Origin: Syncephalis fuscata S228
Taxonomy: Eukaryota; Fungi; Zoopagomycota
NCBI GenBank assembly: GCA_025786725.1
Contig: JAHLTZ010000045.1
Location: 87,724-151,723 of the forward strand
DNA length: 64,000 bases
Reading direction: 5' to 3'
Below, piece after piece: positions 1-12,432 of this stretch; the stretch's first letter is position 1, and the number at the start of each line of letters is the position of its first letter. The notes beneath the pieces are model-generated. The model had not been told where the DNA came from and made no database searches. It saw only the letters and a list, made by a program, of their open reading frames with translations. A program made the position numbers and the translations under genes.

Positions 1-3000
1 GTGCACCAACGGCTGATGTGCGGCGTACGAAGCGGCGGCCATTGCGAACGACAATTGCCTCAGAGCTGGCTTCAACGCTTGCGGCTTCTTTAACGTCTTC
101 AACCGCGACTTCAGCTTCACGCTGGACTTCTCGGTTCTCTTCAACGCTCCACCAAGTGAACACACGACGTACAAACAAGCGGCCATTGCGTACAACTACG
201 CCAGATGTAGCAACAGTGTCGGCTGCTACCACTGTGGCAAGCGTAGAGCCAGACTCGGCTTCTACTTTAACTACTTCGTCGCTAACTTGCTGGACATCAT
301 CCACGGCAATCTCGACCTCGTCAGTGACCGTCTTGTTCTCTTCAGCACTCCAGCGTGTAAATTGGCGGCGTACAAAGCGACGACCATTGCGCTCAACAAT
401 CGATTCAGAGTCGACATCAATACTGGCTGCTTCTTTGACTTCATCGGCAGCCAACTCGACTTCAACCTGGACCTCTTCGTTCTTTTCAGCGTCCCAACGC
501 GTGAATAGACGACGAATAAACACACGACCATCACGAACGGCTGAGCTGGCAACAATGGCGACGGCTCCGGTAGCTGCTGCAACACCAACAACGGCAGCTG
601 TCGTGGCTGCAGCGGCACTTGTAGTGATTGCTGTCACAAGTCCACTGCCGGCTTCCGACTCGACCTTGGTGACCTCGACTGTAGCTTCTTGCACTTCATC
701 CACGGCAAGTTCGACTTCTTCGGTCACCGTCTTGTTTTCTTCGATGCTCCAGTACGTAAATACACGACGCACAAAGCGGCGGCCATTGCGCTCAACAACC
801 GATTCAGATGTCGACTCGACAGTAGCTGCTTCTTTAATGTCTTCTACCGCAACTTCGACTTCTTGCTGCACTTCCTTGTTCTCTTCAACACTCCAGCGAG
901 TAAACAAACGACGAACAAATAGACGGCCTTGACGGACTGCAACTCCAGCTGAAGCTGCTGTGGCAACTGCGGCTTCGGTCAATATGCTGCCAGACTCGGC
1001 CTCTACCTTAACCACTTCTTCGCTGGCCTGTTGCATCTCATCGACGGCAACTTCGACTTCATCGGTCACCGTCTTGTTCTCTTCAACGTTCCAGTGCGTG
1101 AATTTACGACGTACAAATCGACGGCCATTGCGCTCGACAACGGCTTCGGCCTCGGCCTTGGCGGTGATGTTGGCTGCTTCTTTGACTTCTTCAGCGTCAA
1201 CTTCGACCTCGACTTGGACCTCTTCGTTCTTTTCAGCATCCCAGCGCGTAAACAAGCGGCGAACAAATAGGCGGCCTTGACGGACTGCAACTCCTGCTGC
1301 TGCTGTGGCAACGACTGCTGTGGCTGCTGTGGCTGCAACTGCTGTCGTCAATATCGAGCCAGACTCAGCCTCGACCTTCACCACTTCGTCGGTGACTTGC
1401 TGCACATCGTCCACAGCTACTTCAACTTCTTCAGTCACGGCCTTGTCTTCTTCAACACTCCAGCGTGTAAAGTAGCGACGCACGAAGCGACGGCCATTGC
1501 GCTCAACAATCGTCTCGGACTCTGCATCGACACTGGCTGCTTCTTTGACTTCATCGGCAGCTAGCTCGACCTCGTACTGGACTTCCTTGTTCTCTGCAGT
1601 ATTCCACCATGTGAATACGCGACGAACAAACACGCGGCCCTGTCGGACAACTACGCCAGATGTTGCAAGTGCCGATGTCGTCTCCGACTCGACCTTAATG
1701 ACCTCGCCGTGCACTTGCTGCACCTCATCGGCAGCTACCTCTACATCTTCGCTAACCATTGTGTTCTGTTCGGTGCACCAACGGCTGATGGTGCGGCGTA
1801 CGAAGCGGCGGCCATTGCGAACGACAATTGCCTCAGAGCTGGCTTCAACACTTGCGGCTTCTTTAACGTCTTCAACCGCAACTTCAGCTTCACGCTGGAC
1901 TTCTCGGTTCTCTTCAACGCTCCACCAAGTGAACACACGACGTACAAACAAGCGGCCATTGCGTACAACTACGCCAGCCTTTCAGCTGCTGCCTTAGCGG
2001 TCTCAGTCAGCTTGCTGTTAGACTTGGCTTCCACTTTAACTACTTCAACATTGGCACTTTGAAGATCATCGACAGCAACTTCAGTTGTTTCTTCAATAGA
2101 CTGACTAGTTTCACTGTCCCATCGTCGGAAAGTACGACGAATAAAGCGACGACCGTTGCGCTCAATAATTTTGCTTTCAGAAATGTTGGCAACTGCAGAC
2201 GAAATATCTTCAGCATCTACTTCAATTTCTTTTTGCTCTTCAGCGCCGGTAACTTCGTTCCAGTAGGTAAATGTACGAATAACGTAACGACGACGGACAC
2301 GAACAATAACAACGGCAGTAATAGTGGCTACTTCAGACTTGGCCAGTTCTAAATCATTGGCATCAATACACACTTCACGTTCAACAATGCGTTGCTTAAT
2401 CTGATCCCAAATACTGAATCGACGAACAATGTAACGACGTCCTTTACGCGTAATAACCGAGCCACGTAAAACTTCAGTCTGATCAGCGGCCTTATTAATG
2501 TCGTCTTCAGCCAGCTCAATCATAAAAGAGACCGATTGCCTTGCACGAGAATCCCAGAATCTCATGAACCGACGAATAAACCGACGGCTTTGTCGAATAA
2601 TTACAGAAGCCGATAGGCTAAGTACTTCAGTGTGTGCTGTCTGAAGATCTGAAGATTCTAAATAAATTTCTTCTTGTACTGACTCATTAGTAGCGGCATT
2701 CCAACGAGTAAATTGGCGAACCAAGAATGTACGGCCATCATGGCTAATGGTTTGGAAGGTGCCTTCTTGTGCCAAGGCAGTCTCTTCAATGTCCTGAGCA
2801 GCAATCTCAAGCTCCTTTTGTACAAGCTGGCGAGTGCTATAGTAGTAGACTGTATAGATTCGCTTAACAAAGCGACGACCATGATGAAAAACGACTATAT
2901 CAGCCGGTGAGGCGTTCAACGTCTTGAAAGATTCCTCACAGCAACGAGTAAGTTCCTCAGCGTTAAGTTCCAGCTCTTCTTCTGTCAGCTCATTTGTTTC

Positions 3001-5560
3001 ATCATTCCAACGGGCAAATACACGACGAACAAACTTGTGGCCATGACGGAAAATAATATAAGCACGGCATGTTGCCGCATGTTCTTTGGCTGAAGTTATA
3101 TCATCAAGAGCCAGCTCAACTTCAATAGGAATGGCACGGTCCTTTGAAACACTCCAGCGCATAAATGTATAGCGAATAAAACGTTCGTTATTGCGTAGAA
3201 TAACATGTTCGTTGCTGTTAGAGTATAGCTCTTGACGAGCAAGGTCAAAGGCACTATTGACATCGTCCAAATCTAGTTCAATAATTTCCTGAACAATAGA
3301 GCGAGTTCGAACATCCCAGCGACGGAATACACGGCGAATAAAGCGGCGCTCGTTACGAACCATCACAACTATAGACGATTGGTGAGCGTGAGCTGCAAAT
3401 TCCAGCTGGTCGAGCGGTATCTCAGCTTCCTCGTGAGTAATCGTCTGGCTTTCGTGGTGCCAGCGACTAAAGACACGACGAACAAATCGGCGGCCCGAAC
3501 GAATAATAACTTGTGAGGTGTAAGTGCCAGCATAATTGCTCTTCCTGCGCAAGAGATCACCAGTATCGGCTACGTAGATCTCACGGACTTCTTGGTGCTC
3601 TTGGCCACTTTCTTCGTTCCAGCGAAGAACCATTCGACGAACGTAGCGACGGCCCTGACGTGTGGACACAACATCATCCTTACCAGATGTCTCATTGTCG
3701 GAGTCATCGTTGGCCTTATCCATAACATGTACCATGGTTAAATCTTCACGTTGTGCTTTCTCGTCCCATAAATAGACATAGCGCCGAATAAAACGAATAT
3801 TACCACGAACAAGTACATTAACAGCAAATATAGGATTTAAAGCAATACTGCCGGCACGTTCTACATCGTCGACCAGAAGGTCAAATTCTTCAACAACTGG
3901 CTGACATTGCTTTCGACTCCAACGAGTAAAAGTATAGTGTCCAATGCGCTTGCCATTTTGTTCGGTGATTTTGATACTCTCATGGTTGTTAATAGTAGCT
4001 GCGGCAGCTAGACGCAGTTCTTCTTCATCGAATTCAAATTCATGTTCATTCAAACGAGCTTGCTTGGTGAACCAGCAAGTAAAGAATCGGCGTACAAATC
4101 GACGCGACTGGCGAACAATAACAGCCGTTGGAATGTTGGCAATGGCAACATAAGCCTGTTGTAAGTCATCAATGGCTACTTCGTTGCTTTCATCAACGGT
4201 CTTTTTGGCACGAGCATCCCATTTGCTAATAACATGCTTGTAAAAACGACGTCCATTATGGACAACAATATTGGCACACGAATTGTCGGTACATTCGCCA
4301 ATAATGTTGGCCACATCATCGACAAACATCTCGCCAACTCGGCGGTTCTCACGTCCGGCAACAGAGTCCCAGAAGGTAAATACGCGTCGTAGATAGCGCC
4401 GGCGATGGTGTACAATCGACACAGCGGCCAGTGTAGAGATTTCAGTTTGTGCCTGGCAAAGATCTTCTGACGAAATTGTCAGCTCTCCCTGACCAATACG
4501 GAAAGATGGCTGTCCCAGTAAGTAAATTGGATGCGGACATAGCGGCGACCATTGCGAACAACAATGTTAGCGCCATCACCGCTCAAAGCAATGCCAACAG
4601 CACGCTGTACATCGTTGGCCGACAGCTCAATTTCTTCGCGAGAGCTTGCATTAGATGTTTCGTCCCATCGAATAAATATACGACGAATTAAGCGATGGCC
4701 ACTTCGAATAACAATACTTGCTGCAAGGTTGGATGCCTCGACATCAGCCAGCTTAACATCATCTTGCAACAATTCAGTATCCAAATAGGCAACAGCATTG
4801 GTCTGAACATCCCATAGTGTGTAAACACGATGCACGTAGCGTTGGCCAGCGTGGATTTTGATTGAAGTAGCGTCTTGAGGCTCACTAGCAGCTTGGGCAA
4901 TATCTTCGGCCGCAACCTCGACCGGTTCCTGAATAGCAGAAGATGTATCAGCGCACCAGCGGCTAATGATACGACGAATAAAACGACGGCCATTACGGAC
5001 AATGACTTGGGAAGCGAAACGGGCTGCTTCGGCAATTGCAAGATCAACATCATCAACGGCCAATTCCATAACACTGCGGTCGCTCTTGGCAAGCTTCAAA
5101 TTCCATTGCGAGATAGAATATTTGATAAAACGGCGATTCTTATGCGTGGTATTGATGCCAGAAGACTTGCACCAGCACGACTAACCGCTTCAATAAGATC
5201 GTCGGCACTTAGTTCGAGCTCTCGAGTTTCAATACGAGCTCCCGAAGAGATGTAACAAGCGAAGGACCGGCGAATAAAGCGTCGGCCCGAACGTACAATA
5301 ACACGACCCGTGTCTTTGCTGTCCTTATTGCTCATTATAGTAGTGGTCGAGGCAAGACCAGAAGCCAAAGAAGAGCCGGGTTCGACATCTCGGCTCTTGG
5401 ACTTTTGAGGCTTGCCAAAGAACCAGGACTCAACTCGATGAACAGCAGTAGCTACCCCTTCGACGGCATCGTGAGCAACATGACTAATAATGTTCTCTGA
5501 AGCTTGTTCTTCAGTTACTGGCGTCTTTTCTTCTTGACGAGACGATGGCTGCGATGGCAA
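1..5560 (-). CDS. Giant tandem-repeat protein region (at least 34 copies of a ~50-aa unit, consensus ~VIVRNGRRFVRRxFTRWxxEExxxVxEEVEVAxDDVxxA); 3' end beyond window; probably the C-terminal part of the 7TM ORF upstream
   Basis: ORFs 5096-5560, 4479-5099 and 1969-4422 plus an unlisted minus-strand frame from 1968 towards 1 (VVVRNGRLFVRRVFTWWSVEENREVQREAEVAVEDVKEAA...) share the motif. They abut through 1-nt frameshifts at ~5150, ~4490 and ~1978. Confidence 0.85.
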
Positions 5561-7209
5561 AGGCTTAGTGCTGCTTCTGGTTGTGACGGCGGCTGTTGTG
5601 GTAGTACTGACATGCGTTTTGATGATGATGACGCAGCAGAAGCCGGGGCCGGTTTGGCTTCTATTTCAGTAGAGCCCTTCTTGGATTTCTTCGACTTGCT
5701 GCTACTGCCCCAAAGACGGCTAAAAAACCCGGACTTTTTATCATCGTCAGAGTCGGTCGAAAGCGGATAGGCAATAACATCTGTAGATACAACTGGGGCG
5801 TAGAGCTGCTCCTGAGCGGCGCAATTCAAATCAAGCCAGGAAAAATCAGAATCATAAGTAGTGTGAGATTTGGTGGGTACAGCACTGCTTCGACGAACGT
5901 AGCCATCATCAGACTGAGCACTAAGTGTGCGCCGGAAACGGGCGGGCTGCGAAGCTTCCCATTGACTAAACGCCGTAAGTAGACCATCCACACATTCCCT
6001 CACCTGAGGAGTGCTAGCAATATCGGAAAAGCTTTCACTCGGCGTGACGGCTCCAGAGCGACGGGTTTCGGCAACATTACGCAAGGCAGTAGCAATATCA
6101 AATTCAGTAAGTCCACGATGGCCTGGACGATGGCGATTACGTAGAGATTGCTCTGTTTCGTACACATTAATGTCTTTGCTAGCCAATAATTCATCGGACT
6201 CGTGCAGGGTGGCGAGCGTGCCGTCACTCTGGATAGCCAGGCCAGCAGCAGATTTGGCAGTCATTTCTTGAGAGATTTCAGTCGTTGAGCGACACTGATT
6301 TTCTGACGACATTTGAACAGTGGCCGTTTCACGAATAGTAAAAAGATCACAAGACGAAGGCAGCCAGCGTAGAAGCCACAAATAGTAAATAGCAAAGAAG
6401 AACGGTCCTGCCTGCGAGGTAATATGGGCCGAAAATGAAAGCATATTACTTGCATCATCAGTGCCGAAAAGAGCAACTGTAATATTATGTGATGCATACC
6501 AGCCTACCACTGCGGCGTAGACCAAAGAAAATACAGATAGGCGAAGCTTGAAACGCTTAAGCACAGAATCATTGGCCTTAACGGCTGTAATTGTGCTAGC
6601 GTTTGAATAGATAGTAGTAAAATTACGTAAAGCGGGAATGGTGACCACAAGCCAGGCCGTCATGGAAAGAGCGCCAATGACTGCGTGAATTGGACGTTCT
6701 GCCGATGGCTCTGGGCGACAAGCGACAGCACGACCTTGGCTATCCAATACAAGTGTCTGCCACCAGTCACGGGTCATCCATAAAAATCCAGTAGAAGCCA
6801 CACAACCAGCAACCCAAAGAGATGAAAGCAACGCGCCACGGCCACTTAGCATTGGACGAGCTGAAGTAGCTTGTGTAGCGTAACGCTGCGAATACGCAGC
6901 CAGAGCACCTGTATAGGCCATGCTAGCCATGCGAAGAATAAGCCGAGTTCCATGATTGTTGCGGCACGTATCCACAGTAAGATTGGATGCATTATTGCTA
7001 ACTGAAGCGTAGAGAGCCCGGAGCTCATCCAGCTCACCCAGTAAAGTGGATGCGGCACATGCGAGATCAATCAATACGGCAACAGATACAAGACGCACAA
7101 TTAAATGTTCACGCTTGCGCCACAGTAAAGTTAGACTGTAGGACAAGCCAACAATGGCGCATGCTTGTAGTCCAAGCAATGCAACCGAGAAATCAGGTGA
7201 GAACCACAT
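5515..7209 (-). CDS. 7-transmembrane GPCR-like protein (cAMP-receptor-like/Git3-type topology) with long Ser-rich cytoplasmic tail
   Basis: About seven hydrophobic segments in the first ~285 aa, TM2 'DL', Cys at the top of TM3 (DTC) and in ECL2 (VAC), basic segment before TM6 (LKRFKLRL), then a hydrophilic tail. Confidence 0.65.
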   Translation of the reverse strand: MWFSPDFSVALLGLQACAIVGLSYSLTLLWRKREHLIVRLVSVAVLIDLACAASTLLGELDELRALYASVSNNASNLTVDTCRNNHGTRLILRMASMAYTGALAAYSQRYATQATSARPMLSGRGALLSSLWVAGCVASTGFLWMTRDWWQTLVLDSQGRAVACRPEPSAERPIHAVIGALSMTAWLVVTIPALRNFTTIYSNASTITAVKANDSVLKRFKLRLSVFSLVYAAVVGWYASHNITVALFGTDDASNMLSFSAHITSQAGPFFFAIYYLWLLRWLPSSCDLFTIRETATVQMSSENQCRSTTEISQEMTAKSAAGLAIQSDGTLATLHESDELLASKDINVYETEQSLRNRHRPGHRGLTEFDIATALRNVAETRRSGAVTPSESFSDIASTPQVRECVDGLLTAFSQWEASQPARFRRTLSAQSDDGYVRRSSAVPTKSHTTYDSDFSWLDLNCAAQEQLYAPVVSTDVIAYPLSTDSDDDKKSGFFSRLWGSSSKSKKSKKGSTEIEAKPAPASAASSSSKRMSVLPQQPPSQPEAALSLCHRSHRLVKKKRRQ

Positions 7210-9399
7210 ATTATGTAGTACTTTGCCTGACTAAAACGATAAACCGAGAATCACACAACTTGCTACAAATGTTTGCAAGTATCAGTAATCAGCGTATAAA
7301 GTATTCACAATTAAAAAGATTGGCAAATAGTGCAAGCAAATGATAGTAATTAACAATTGTAATACTACTATCGATTTGGTTACTTTTAAGTTCAAAAGAA
7401 ACGCACCTTTTTACAAAATAGAAATACCGACAAATGTCGTGATAACTATTTGTAGAAAGTAAATAGAAATTACTTCAAAATATAATTTAGCTATTTAATA
7501 AAGCTATATTATAAATTTCGGCAATAGTTGACGAATAAACACGAATAAAAACGCTTTTTTTTAAGGCGTTGGACACCAAACGACAATGGTCAGCGCCAAA
7601 AACAACCACTAATTTTTTATAACGTAAACGAACCAACGTTGTATTTACGTTGTCGAAATATAGACCCACCAATAAAACACGAGTAAAAATGAATATATAC
7701 TAACGCACCCACACACAAATCAGCACAAACCAACACAAAGATACGCGTGAACGCGTAATAATCACAATAATTGCAAAAGCTAATTAATGGCGGGGATTGA
7801 ATGATTGGTCACACAATAAATATGACGTAGCAAATTTAAACCCCGACACCAATACACGAAAAGCAGCTATTTAGTAAAGAATAATTTGTAAAATAGACGA
7901 AACAAACCGGCAATTTAATAAAACGCCAGCGTCTACAGCTTATTTACAAATAAACCGATACTGAATAAACTGCAATAAACACGCAAATCCGCTATAATTA
8001 TGTCGTTGAGATAGAGTGAGAGCTGACTACTTGTTCAGCAAGTAGACACAGTTTGCACTTCACCTTTCTAGGCGTGCGCCAAACTACTTGCACTCTTGCA
8101 AGAAACACGTTGATATACCAGTTATAAGGTGCACTAATATGCACACAAATTGAAAATACACGTAAGTATTGATAATGCACAATAGCAAGAAAGTGCAGTA
8201 AACGTGTAGTAAGTTGGAATAACGGGAAAGAATATGTTGCAAGCACGTAGCGTCAACAACAAGAACAAGAGCGGCGACAAGAGAAAAAAAGGCCTACAAC
8301 TGCGAGAACGTACCCACTTTGTGCGCAAGCGCGTGTGTAACATCGACTTTTGTTAGGCAGGTCGGCTATCTGTATCTGTCTGTGTGTTCGCCACTAATAC
8401 CGAAGATGGTGACGAACGTGCCGAGCCTTTACTGGCTGGCCTTCAATGTCGTCAGCAGTCTATGGCGCTAAGCAGTGTGTCCATTGCAACATCCTGGCCT
8501 GCAGCAGTAGGCGCATATGCCAGCAGTGGCATTCATTTTTGCTTTTTCTTCACTTTTTGCACCGCTATTGCCGATAGATTTCTATTTCAGGTGGCAATAG
8601 CTATTTTTACAACTTGAACTGCCAGTTTAGACATCAATGGGCCAATAGTTGCCTAATCAAAAGTTTTATTTTCACTTTTTTCTTTTAACACTGCAAGATG
8701 CCGCGACAAAAAGACACACCAGCAAAGGATGATCTTTGTCGGGTGGAGATGGACATTCTCATGATAAAAAGACGTGGCAGCCAAAAACGACACTTCTAAA
8801 ACATGTGTGTACCCATATGCATTCGATAGGTGGTCTATTTTGCCATTTCTATCCTATTGGGGCTGAACAGCTATGTGACGTGGCAAGCGCTGCGCTATTG
8901 TTTCGAAATGGTGCCATTTCAGCCTACAGCATGCAATGGGATAGGTGTTTAACTGCATGTATAGGCCTAAACTAAACTGATGGCTAGCTGCTACTTGAAA
9001 TAATGGCACGGATGCACGTGTTGGCCGATGACGTGTATAGTTGTTCCCAATTGGCATGGCAATGGCCTTTTTTGAACAACGCAAGCTCATTTGTGTCCAG
9101 TGTGAAGTGTGCCGCTATCGACACCACTTATCAGCAATTAACGTACTAACCATCAAAAGCATTAGTAAGTGCTATTATTGTCTGTTTGTTGCTGTTACAG
9201 ATAGTATTTAATGGCATAATCTGGTAATAACGTGTACGGATAGTAGTGCAAAGTAAAACAGATGAACAAATAATTGAAAAAATTCGTATGATTATTTTCG
9301 AATGCAAGCATTGTTAAGGCAAATATCAACTACCACAAGACCAACTATTTTACTTAGTGTGATACTATTATAACGTATTTATGCCACATTTTAGTTGAA

Positions 9400-9605
9400 T
9401 TGTACTTTGACTCCCACATTATGAGTCCCCAAAGCAAAACTCGTTTCAATGGAAGTCAGCGCTGTTATGCATAACAAACATAGTTACAATGTTTTCATTT
9501 AACTACTTGCAATTCACGAGGCCTGTTGTTGTTGTTGTTGGCCATGTGTAGAAAGATTGATTGAATGTTAATAAAAACCATATGATTGCGATTCCACGTC
9601 GTTTC
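9400..9605 (-). mobile_element. Right end of Fanzor-bearing TIR element: decayed Fanzor C-terminus (9495-9605) plus ~95-nt 3' end and TIR
   Basis: Minus strand reads TTWNRNHMVFINIQSIFLHMANNNNNRPRELQVVK* (RuvC-III WNRD motif with D>N). It ends in AATGTGGGAGTCAAAGTACAA, the reverse complement of the family TIR. Confidence 0.75.
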
Positions 9606-10669
9606 CTATTACTTCTGTCGCTTGTTTGTCATACTGCACATCAACTATTACGTGATCTGCTCCTTTTCTATCTTATCTCAGTTCAATTGCGCCACACTTG
9701 CTTATTGTAATCACAATATTTAATCCTAATAATTTCCGGTTCTTTTATACTTGCAGATCATTTTTGACAAAGCTATTTAACAATCCAGTATAAAAAGCCT
9801 TTTATTTTGTTTAACGTTGTTACAATTAAATTAATATTGTAACATGCATAATACTACATTTACTAATAAACAGTAGTGAGTATGTAACAAATAGCCATTC
9901 GTTACGGAGAATAAACGTATAAAATATTTATGCATTTTCCCACGATACTTTAAGCTTTGTCCGGGATTAATTCAAAGTTTATTTTAGTAAAAATGCAATT
10001 CTTTCTTTTTACTTCACGTATAATTTACACTATCACAAATTGCATCTGGTGCTATTGGACTTTGAAGTTCATAGCTCTAAAATGGGTGCAAATGACAAAG
10101 AAAAGTAATTAAATAAAAGAAAGATCAAGGTTAATATAATTATTATAAAAGTCGTTTATTAAATAGCCACTTTCCTATAGCCAATCTGACTAAATAAATG
10201 GCATTTAAACAATTAATAGCATAATGACAATATATATATATATATTAAAGCAATAATAAATATAACTAATTAAACAATTAATAGAATAATGAACTGACAA
10301 ATAAACAAACAATTATTAACTAAGTAGTTAAATAAAATGATTTAATGAATTGGTGGAGAAATAGTGGAAAAAGGTAGAAGCACAAAGCAAAATAGCTTTA
10401 TTTATTTAATATGTGTCAGGCATATTCGATTCATATACAGCACATTGGATACCACACAGCTGCATTACATGAATTATTAAACAGTATTTGGTATAAATAG
10501 ATAGCATATGGTTATTAGCGGTAATAGAAAAAACAAAATGAATATAATGGTTAAGACATTGGTAGAGGGAAAACTTGTATAGACTAAAGCAGATGCACGC
10601 GGTGGGTTTATTACTATTGCAACTGCTGAGATTTTGACACTATAAAAAGACTAGATCAAGCTAGCAATT

Positions 10670-11116
10670 GTTTACAAAGATGAATGGTAGTCTAAAGTGC
10701 TGCTGTACTGTTTCGTTGCACTCAATCCTATGTGTAGAGGCACTACAAATGAGCAGGCATAATGGCTGATCCGGTTGCAACCCCAACGGCCGTGGAGCGC
10801 TGCCACGTGTAGCCTTGGAAAATCGGTGATCGATGAGCCGCACTAAACACTTGTTGATGATAGTGCGCCTCGATTTCTGGTGATGGATACGCGTTCTTTA
10901 ATGGAACAATAGCCATACGCGAGGCAAAGAAAGCTGGATGGAACCGAGCTGGGTCGGCTTCTGTGGTATAAAGAATAATACTCGTCATTAGCTATAACCA
11001 ACTAACGCGAGACTGCGCAATGACTATACGTCATCAGCAGCTGTCCAGGTAGACAGGCACTTGCCTTGACGCAATATAGGCGAAAGTAATTCCGAAGCAT
11101 TGCTAAATAACGACAT
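10670..11116 (-). other. Possible small orphan gene or pseudogene (GC-richer island with broken ORF)
   Basis: Coding-like composition inside an AT-rich intergenic region: MSLFSNASELLSPILRQGKC..., then YTTEADPARFHPAFFASRMAIVPLKNAYPSPEIEAHYHQQ. It is interrupted by stops or frameshifts, and no family is recognised. Confidence 0.25.
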
Positions 11117-11477
11117 ACTGAGAATGGGAAATGGTAAAACGATTAGAGTAGAATGAAAGAAAAGAAAAAGGCTACGGTGATGTAATTGCTACATATTTCC
11201 GAGCATCATTGTAATGAAAACCACGCGGTTATGCACAACGATTATAATGGTTTTTAATAAAATTATTATAAATCAATTGCTTTTTACGTAAAAATTCAAC
11301 CCATTGTTAGCAATACGTTTGGTAATATGTATTATCCGGTTATTTTCAATTCTTTACAACAAAAAATAACACTAAACGATTCCTAATATTTTTTAAAACA
11401 CAAAGAAGCACTTATATTAACTACATGATTTACATTTAAAATAGAGAATTGCTACTGTTGATTAATTAGAAAGCTAT

Positions 11478-12232
11478 TATACTTTGAGTCTCTAGCTTCA
11501 AACTGGGAACAAAAAGCTTCATAACTCAAATAAACCGTCAATCAACTTTTAATACTGAAAAGTGTTATTTGTTGAAGCAGTGTCACATCAACTCCGATTG
11601 AATTAGTTGAAGTTGAGCCAGTCCACACTATTTCAATACTCTATATCAGTGTTAATAAATGTTATAACATTTCGTGTTGCTTACAATAAAACATAATAAA
11701 TAGATAAATTATATTAATATGCTAATCCATATTATTGTTACTTTAAAGTATTCAAAGCATTATAATTGATACTTAATGTCATTCACCATCCAGTTCCATG
11801 TTCAATAGATTAAATGTTATTAAAAATAGGTATTTGATCACCAAATCATATTAAATATTAATAAATTCAACTCAATCGTATAATAATGCAGTTTATTTAA
11901 CTCAATTAACAAGTATTAAAATTAAAAGCTAAAAATGAAATGGTACACAGCATACATGTATATATATTGGTGCAACAATACTAACACATCAAATAGAACA
12001 ATTAACTAAATAATTATTGATATCATTGCTAAAGAGTGTAAGTTGTATTGAGATGTTTAAAATAACAGTTACTGATAAAATGTTATTTTACATTTTGTTT
12101 TATGGAAATGATAATGGACAACAATATTACGTTAATGTTTATTGTGAACGATGATTTAAACACAACCCAATTTAATTAAATCATTAGATTAATTGCGTAA
12201 AAAGATTTGCTGCTCTGAAGGATCAAAGTAGA
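11478..12232 (+). mobile_element. Non-autonomous MITE-like member of the Fanzor-associated TIR family (no Fanzor coding remnant seen)
   Basis: Left end TACTTTGAGTCTC...AATAAACCGTCAATCA is homologous to 18887 and 62853. Right end ...AAAAGATTTGCTGCTCTGAAGGATCAAAGTA is homologous to 20100-20277 and 21325-21510. Confidence 0.7.
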
Positions 12233-12432
12233 TGTTCACTTTTAATTAGTATCGTACAACACATAATAATGTGCAATTTACTAACATTTAGTATGATCTA
12301 GTGATCAAATGACTACATTTAATACTATTCATACATTTAAATTGCGCATTTATTCTATTGAACATGGAACTGGATGATAAATGGCATTAGTTATCAAAAT
12401 ATAATACCTCAAATACTCTACAGTAGCAATAT
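11730..12432. repeat. Inverted repeat pair (~11730-11852 / ~12290-12432) of a foldback-type repeat family, interdigitated with the MITE
   Basis: CATCCAGTTCCATGTTCAATAGA vs TCTATTGAACATGGAACTGGATG. The same submotif recurs at 58.7-59.4 kb. Confidence 0.6.

Noticed and set aside
1-1980. Regularly spaced DNA repeats resembling a CRISPR-like array
   Set aside because: Units are 150-200 bp, vary at synonymous positions and translate into a protein repeat; there are no identical short repeats with unique spacers.
18-2062. Long plus-strand Ser/Thr-rich ORFs (18-932, 960-1280, 1497-1997 and others)
   Set aside because: They are antisense shadows of the minus-strand repeat protein, whose codon pattern leaves the opposite frame stop-free.
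1969-5570. Programmed ribosomal frameshifting joining the repeat ORFs
   Set aside because: No consistent slippery heptamer, and similar 1-nt losses occur in housekeeping genes, so sequencing error is more parsimonious.
7300-9300. Short ORFs (7487-9090) upstream of the 7TM gene
   Set aside because: No recognisable motifs or coding bias; probably promoter, UTR or leader-intron sequence.
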